From: a virus
Lineage: Duplodnaviria > Heunggongvirae > Uroviricota > Caudoviricetes
IMG/VR virus record: IMGVR_UViG_2671180669_000005
Span: 1 to 5,121 of that record
Length of the DNA stretch: 5,121 nucleotides
Reading direction: 5' to 3' (one strand)
Shown here: piece by piece, positions 4,784 to 5,121 of the stretch
Layout: every line of letters begins with the position of its first letter
Numbering within the stretch: position 1 is the stretch's first letter
Program-made: the position numbers and the translations under genes
The notes under the pieces: generated by a model
Databases searched by the model: none
Told to the model about the DNA's origin: nothing
Seen by the model: only the letters and a program-made list of their open reading frames with translations

Positions 4784-5121
4784 TTTTTGACCTGCCCTTC
4801 AAGCATTATGGGGTAAATCTTCACCCCCAGACGTCCACCAGATACTGGCTGAGCACGAACGATATTGATTTCATCAAACTGCTCATCGTCCATTAGCAAC
4901 CCCGCATGCGTCAGCGCATCCAGCGGCGCTTTCAGAATATTGTCCAGGTCACGGCGGCGCTTATCCGGTGGTTCTGCAATAATTTTTATTGCCAACCTTC
5001 CGGACAGGCTTAATTTCAGCCGCTGCTGGCGAACAATAAGCGCCACTGCCCGGCGATAACGCTCCCCGGCTTTTGATACAAAATATGTGCTGCCACGACG
5101 ACGCCAGTAAGTGTTCACCGT
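4780..5121 (-). CDS. rusA: Holliday-junction resolvase RusA (N-terminal ~12-15 aa lie beyond the right edge)
   Basis: Frame is open to the window edge; the supplied start at 5118 is an internal GTG. Matches the recalled RusA sequence: YxxxRGxxxVSxxG near the N-terminus, catalytic-region DKRRRDLDN (RusA DRRRRDLDN), and GGRL near the C-terminus. Sits immediately upstream of Q as in lambdoid nin regions. Confidence 0.85.
   Translation of the reverse strand, partial: TVNTYWRRRGSTYFVSKAGERYRRAVALIVRQQRLKLSLSGRLAIKIIAEPPDKRRRDLDNILKAPLDALTHAGLLMDDEQFDEINIVRAQPVSGGRLGVKIYPIMLEGQVKK

Noticed and set aside
4714-5059. Plus-strand ORFs 4714..4896 and 4865..5059
   Set aside because: Antisense to rusA and the Q start, with no independent support.

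Overview
This window looks like the late-regulatory region of a lambdoid (lambda / Stx-phage-like) enterobacterial prophage, with the late operon on the minus strand. Reading right to left: rusA (partial, runs off the right edge), then a lambda-family antiterminator Q whose start overlaps the rusA stop, then a lambda-like PR'/qut promoter with a tR'-like terminator, a small winged-helix gene with its own terminator, a hairpin-rich leader, a beta-class N6-adenine DNA methyltransferase, three tRNA genes (Arg-TCT, Arg-TCG, Ile/Met-CAT), a terminator, an AT-rich moron-like segment with one plus-strand ORF, and the start of a small minus-strand ORF that runs off the left edge. The most unusual feature is a ~1.02 kb tandem but mosaic duplication (2337-3359 and 3360-4380) that copies the 3' half of Q, the PR'/tR' module, the winged-helix gene, the hairpin leader and the first nine codons of the methyltransferase. 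I see no CRISPR array, IS element, integrase or toxin gene. All family assignments rest on motifs read by eye and recalled reference sequences; no database search was run.
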